64,000 nucleotides of DNA, taken from assembly GCA_965215015.1 (NCBI GenBank), contig OZ244042.1, forward strand, positions 2,912,001-2,976,000, read 5' to 3'. Origin of the DNA: Candidatus Poribacteria bacterium (GTDB lineage Bacteria; Poribacteria; WGA-4E; PCPOR2b). The notes below the pieces were generated by a model. The model saw only the letters and a program-made list of their open reading frames with translations, had not been told where the DNA came from and made no database searches. Made by a program: the position numbers and the translations under genes. Positions 61,188 through 64,000 of this stretch are shown piece by piece. Each line of letters opens with the position of its first letter. Position 1 is the stretch's first letter.

Positions 61188-61424
61188 ACTGAGAGTGAAA
61201 CGTGAAAAGAATTTGTTTATTAGTACATTGGTTGATTACCTACGCATATTGCCCTGTTGGGATTTTGGAGGGCAACTTAGGTGAATATATAGATATGGAG
61301 TGAGGCAATGGGAACTGTACTTGAAAACTGTTAAAAATTAGTCGATGAATGATTAAAACAGAGGTTGCAGCATACGGAGTATGCTTACTACTAGTTCACA
61401 CAAGTTATATAAGAAAGGGCGCAA

Positions 61425-62558
61425 ATGAAAATTACAGATGTAAAACCTTTGCCGGTATGGGGAGGGGCTAGGAATTTCTTTTTTGTTAAGGTCGAAACCG
61501 ATGAAGGTCTCTATGGAATCGGTGAAGGCGGAATCACTTGGCGGGAACTTGCAGCAACGGAATGTGTCAACCATCTTAAATCTGTCCTAATCGGTGAGGA
61601 TCCACGTCGTATTGAACACTTGTGGCAGGTGATGTTTCGGGGTGGCTTTTTTCCTGCAGGGCGGATTGCTTGCTCTGCGATCAGTGCCATCGATATCGCG
61701 CTGTGGGATATTCGTGGGAAAGCATTGGGCGTCCCTGTCTATGACCTGCTTGGTGGACTTGTCCGCCAGAAGGCTGTATGCTATCCCCACGCTGGCGGTG
61801 ATTCTGCGGAACAACTCGCGGAACACGCACGGACACTTGTGGCAGACGGATGGAAATTTGTCCGTTGGGGTGTCCCTCAGCAGGGCGATGTTCTAGATCC
61901 ATCGTGGGCAGTCCGGGAAACTATAAAGCAGTGTGAAGCCGTTCGAGATGCTGTCGGGGAGGAGATTGAGATCTTGATTGACGTCCATACGCGGCTAGAC
62001 CCGCCCCATGTGATTCCGCTCTGCCGTGCTTTGGAGGGTTATCGTCCCTATTTCATCGAAGACCCACTGCGTTCTGAAAATATGTCCACATACCATCAGT
62101 TAGCGCGTCACGTTGCTGTACCGTTGGCGGTGGGCGAGCAGTACGCAACAAAGTGGGAATTCCGCGAATTGGTTGAACAAGAGTTGATGCAGTACGCGCG
62201 GATTGACCTTTGTATTGTTGGGGGGATTACAGAGGCGAAGAAGATTGCCGGTTGGTGTGAAGCGCACTACATTGATCTGGCACCACACAATCCGCTCGGC
62301 CCGGTTTCGACAGCAGCGTGTCTCCACCTTGACCTCGCTTCGACAAACTTTGGTGTCCAAGAGCTCCCAAGCAAGCCGGGGACAACGCTGCCCGATGTCT
62401 TCCCGGTGCAGTTAGCGTGGGAAGACGGTTATCTGCTGCCCCCGACGAGTCCGGGGTTAGGTATCGAATTTGATGAGGCAGCGGCGTTGGCTAACCCGTA
62501 CCGTGAGGTTGATGCGCCCCAGTTGCGTCGGCCCGATGGGGCGTTTACGAATTGGTAG
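61425..62558 (+). CDS. Mandelate racemase/galactonate dehydratase-like enolase superfamily protein
   Basis: VKVETDEG..GIGE, AIDIALWDI.GK, DVHTR, FIEDP, VGE, APHNP.GP. Confidence 0.9.
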   Translation: MKITDVKPLPVWGGARNFFFVKVETDEGLYGIGEGGITWRELAATECVNHLKSVLIGEDPRRIEHLWQVMFRGGFFPAGRIACSAISAIDIALWDIRGKALGVPVYDLLGGLVRQKAVCYPHAGGDSAEQLAEHARTLVADGWKFVRWGVPQQGDVLDPSWAVRETIKQCEAVRDAVGEEIEILIDVHTRLDPPHVIPLCRALEGYRPYFIEDPLRSENMSTYHQLARHVAVPLAVGEQYATKWEFRELVEQELMQYARIDLCIVGGITEAKKIAGWCEAHYIDLAPHNPLGPVSTAACLHLDLASTNFGVQELPSKPGTTLPDVFPVQLAWEDGYLLPPTSPGLGIEFDEAAALANPYREVDAPQLRRPDGAFTNW

Positions 62559-62690
62559 GCGTGAAAATAGGGGCAAAGCAACCACAAGGGGTATCCCCAC
62601 AAAAACCCGGTTTTTGAGAGCAGGGTGGATTGAGCCTAGAATCCTAGCACAATGTTGTTGGTATCTTAGGGATTCAAAAGCAATCTGAAT

Positions 62691-63406
62691 CAGGATTTTC
62701 AGAATTCAAGGATTTACAGGATAGAGACCGTGAAGTCCCGTATTGCCCTGCTGAGACTTTTATGCGTTTGCACGATTTCTGAACATGCGTACACATTGAT
62801 TAGGAAAGCTCCTTAGGAGCACAAAAAAGCGGTACCATACCCGTGAAAAAGGGCGTGATACCGCTTTTTATATTGATTTAAGATACACTCCTACCGTGTC
62901 GGGGACACCGCTTCATCTGACGCGGGACGGACAGACAGCTTGCGTCGCTTCTGCTCAACTTGTGCTGCAGCTTCAGGGTCAAATTCCCTCCACCGGCGGA
63001 GTCGCTCCTCTGTGCCGTATTGGTCAAAGGACTGTTTTGCCTCCCCTCCAGGATTTTCAGAATTCAAGGATTTACAGGATAGAGACCGTGAAGTCCCGTA
63101 TTGCCCTGCTGAGACTTTTATGCGTTTGCACGATTTCTGAACATGCGTACACATTGATTAGGAAAGCTCCTTAGGAGCACAAAAAAGTGGTACCATACCC
63201 GTGAAAAAGGGCGTGATACCGCTTTTCATATTGATCTAAGATACACTCCTACCGTGTCGGGGACACCCCCTCATCTGACGCGGAACGGACAGACAGCTTG
63301 CGTCGCTTCTGCTCAACTTGTGCTGCAGCTTCAGGGTCAAATTCCCTCCACCGGCGGAGTCGCTCCGCTGTGCCGTATTGGTCAAAGGGCTGTTTTGCCT
63401 CCCCTC
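62691..63406. repeat. Two tandem copies of a 358-bp unit
   Basis: 62691-63048 and 63049-63406, differing by a few SNPs. Confidence 0.93.
62823..62869. terminator. Bidirectional terminator-like hairpin (repeated near 63181-63227)
   Basis: AAAAAAGCGGTA...TACCGCTTTTT. Confidence 0.5.
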
Positions 63407-63512
63407 GTTGTTCCGACAGCAACCCTGCCCAACCTTGTGCTGCCGGGGTTACCGCAGTTTCCAACCGGCTGTTCTGGTCCTCTTCCCGCTCTTGTTCAAT
63501 ATCTCTCCTGAA
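63249..63512 (-). pseudogene. Orphan C-terminal gene fragment (partly duplicated at 62891-63048)
   Basis: ...FDQYGTAERLRRWREFDPEAAAQVEQKRR... Preceded by an in-frame TAG; no convincing RBS/start. Confidence 0.4.
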
Positions 63513-63522
63513 CTAATGTTTC

Positions 63523-64000
63523 TCACGTTTCACGCTTAACCTCGCCAGCATTGACCCCCAACCCTCGGCGATATGCCTCCAATGACATTAGGTCGGCGGG
63601 CACGACATTGCCTAGGTTGACCTCTGAACCGTATCGATCGATAAGCTGACGACGAAGGTGATGGATGCCATGTGCGGTTACCCCGGCAATCCACGGACCG
63701 GGCAACTCAAACATGAGTTTCTCTAATCCAACGAGTTCCACAACCTCCTCAACTGCTTTCGCTGTGTCAACATCTTCGCTGACCAACTCAGCAGCCTCTA
63801 AGAGTACGAGTGCTGCGCCGGCATCGAGACACCCCTGTGCATCGTCAGCGAAAGGAATTTCGCTTGCAAGCCCTTCCTTCTTGCCGACCTCACCCATAAC
63901 TTGTAAACCGTGTACTTCGGTCGCTTGACGAATCATCTTTCGCTTCCACGCAACCGAAACGGCTCCTAAATTATCCGATACCTCAGCCCAACGATAGCCG
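63523..64000 (-). CDS. comA: Phosphosulfolactate synthase (partial, 5' end outside window)
   Basis: AEVSD, GEVGKK, LDAGA..VLLEA, LMFE.P, YGSEVNLGNV...D.MSLEAYRRGL. Confidence 0.8.
   Translation of the reverse strand, partial: GYRWAEVSDNLGAVSVAWKRKMIRQATEVHGLQVMGEVGKKEGLASEIPFADDAQGCLDAGAALVLLEAAELVSEDVDTAKAVEEVVELVGLEKLMFELPGPWIAGVTAHGIHHLRRQLIDRYGSEVNLGNVVPADLMSLEAYRRGLGVNAGEVKRET

Overview
This is a bacterial chromosomal window. I infer a Candidatus Poribacteria-like (sponge-symbiont type) origin from three PhyH dioxygenases, secreted TolB-like propellers ending in a ...WGDIK tail, and dense REP/MITE-type intergenic repeats. In order it contains: (1) a tandem array of at least four ~1.16-kb modules, each a variant C-terminal fragment of a 176-aa membrane protein plus a TolB-like beta-propeller gene, with the propeller alleles forming a complete 2x2 recombinant mosaic (the most unusual feature); (2) a divergent CysE-like gene with purH, redox/hydrolase genes and a 3x459-bp duplication; (3) holA, two small paralogous TM/coiled-coil genes and an IS4 element; (4) catabolic genes, an ECF sigma/anti-sigma pair and a PhyH paralogue with an HxA (halogenase-type) motif; (5) a 10-kb partner-switching hub with no sigma factor (4 STAS, 2 RsbW-like kinases, 2 PP2C, hybrid kinase, receiver); (6) cNMP protein, AI-2E transporter, class II terpene cyclase and glycosyltransferase; (7) a response regulator and dnaK behind a sigma54-type promoter, polA, dppABC, an enolase-family dehydratase, a 2x358-bp duplication and partial comA. 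I saw no CRISPR array, rRNA or tRNA. All calls come from reading the sequence by eye; no searches were run.
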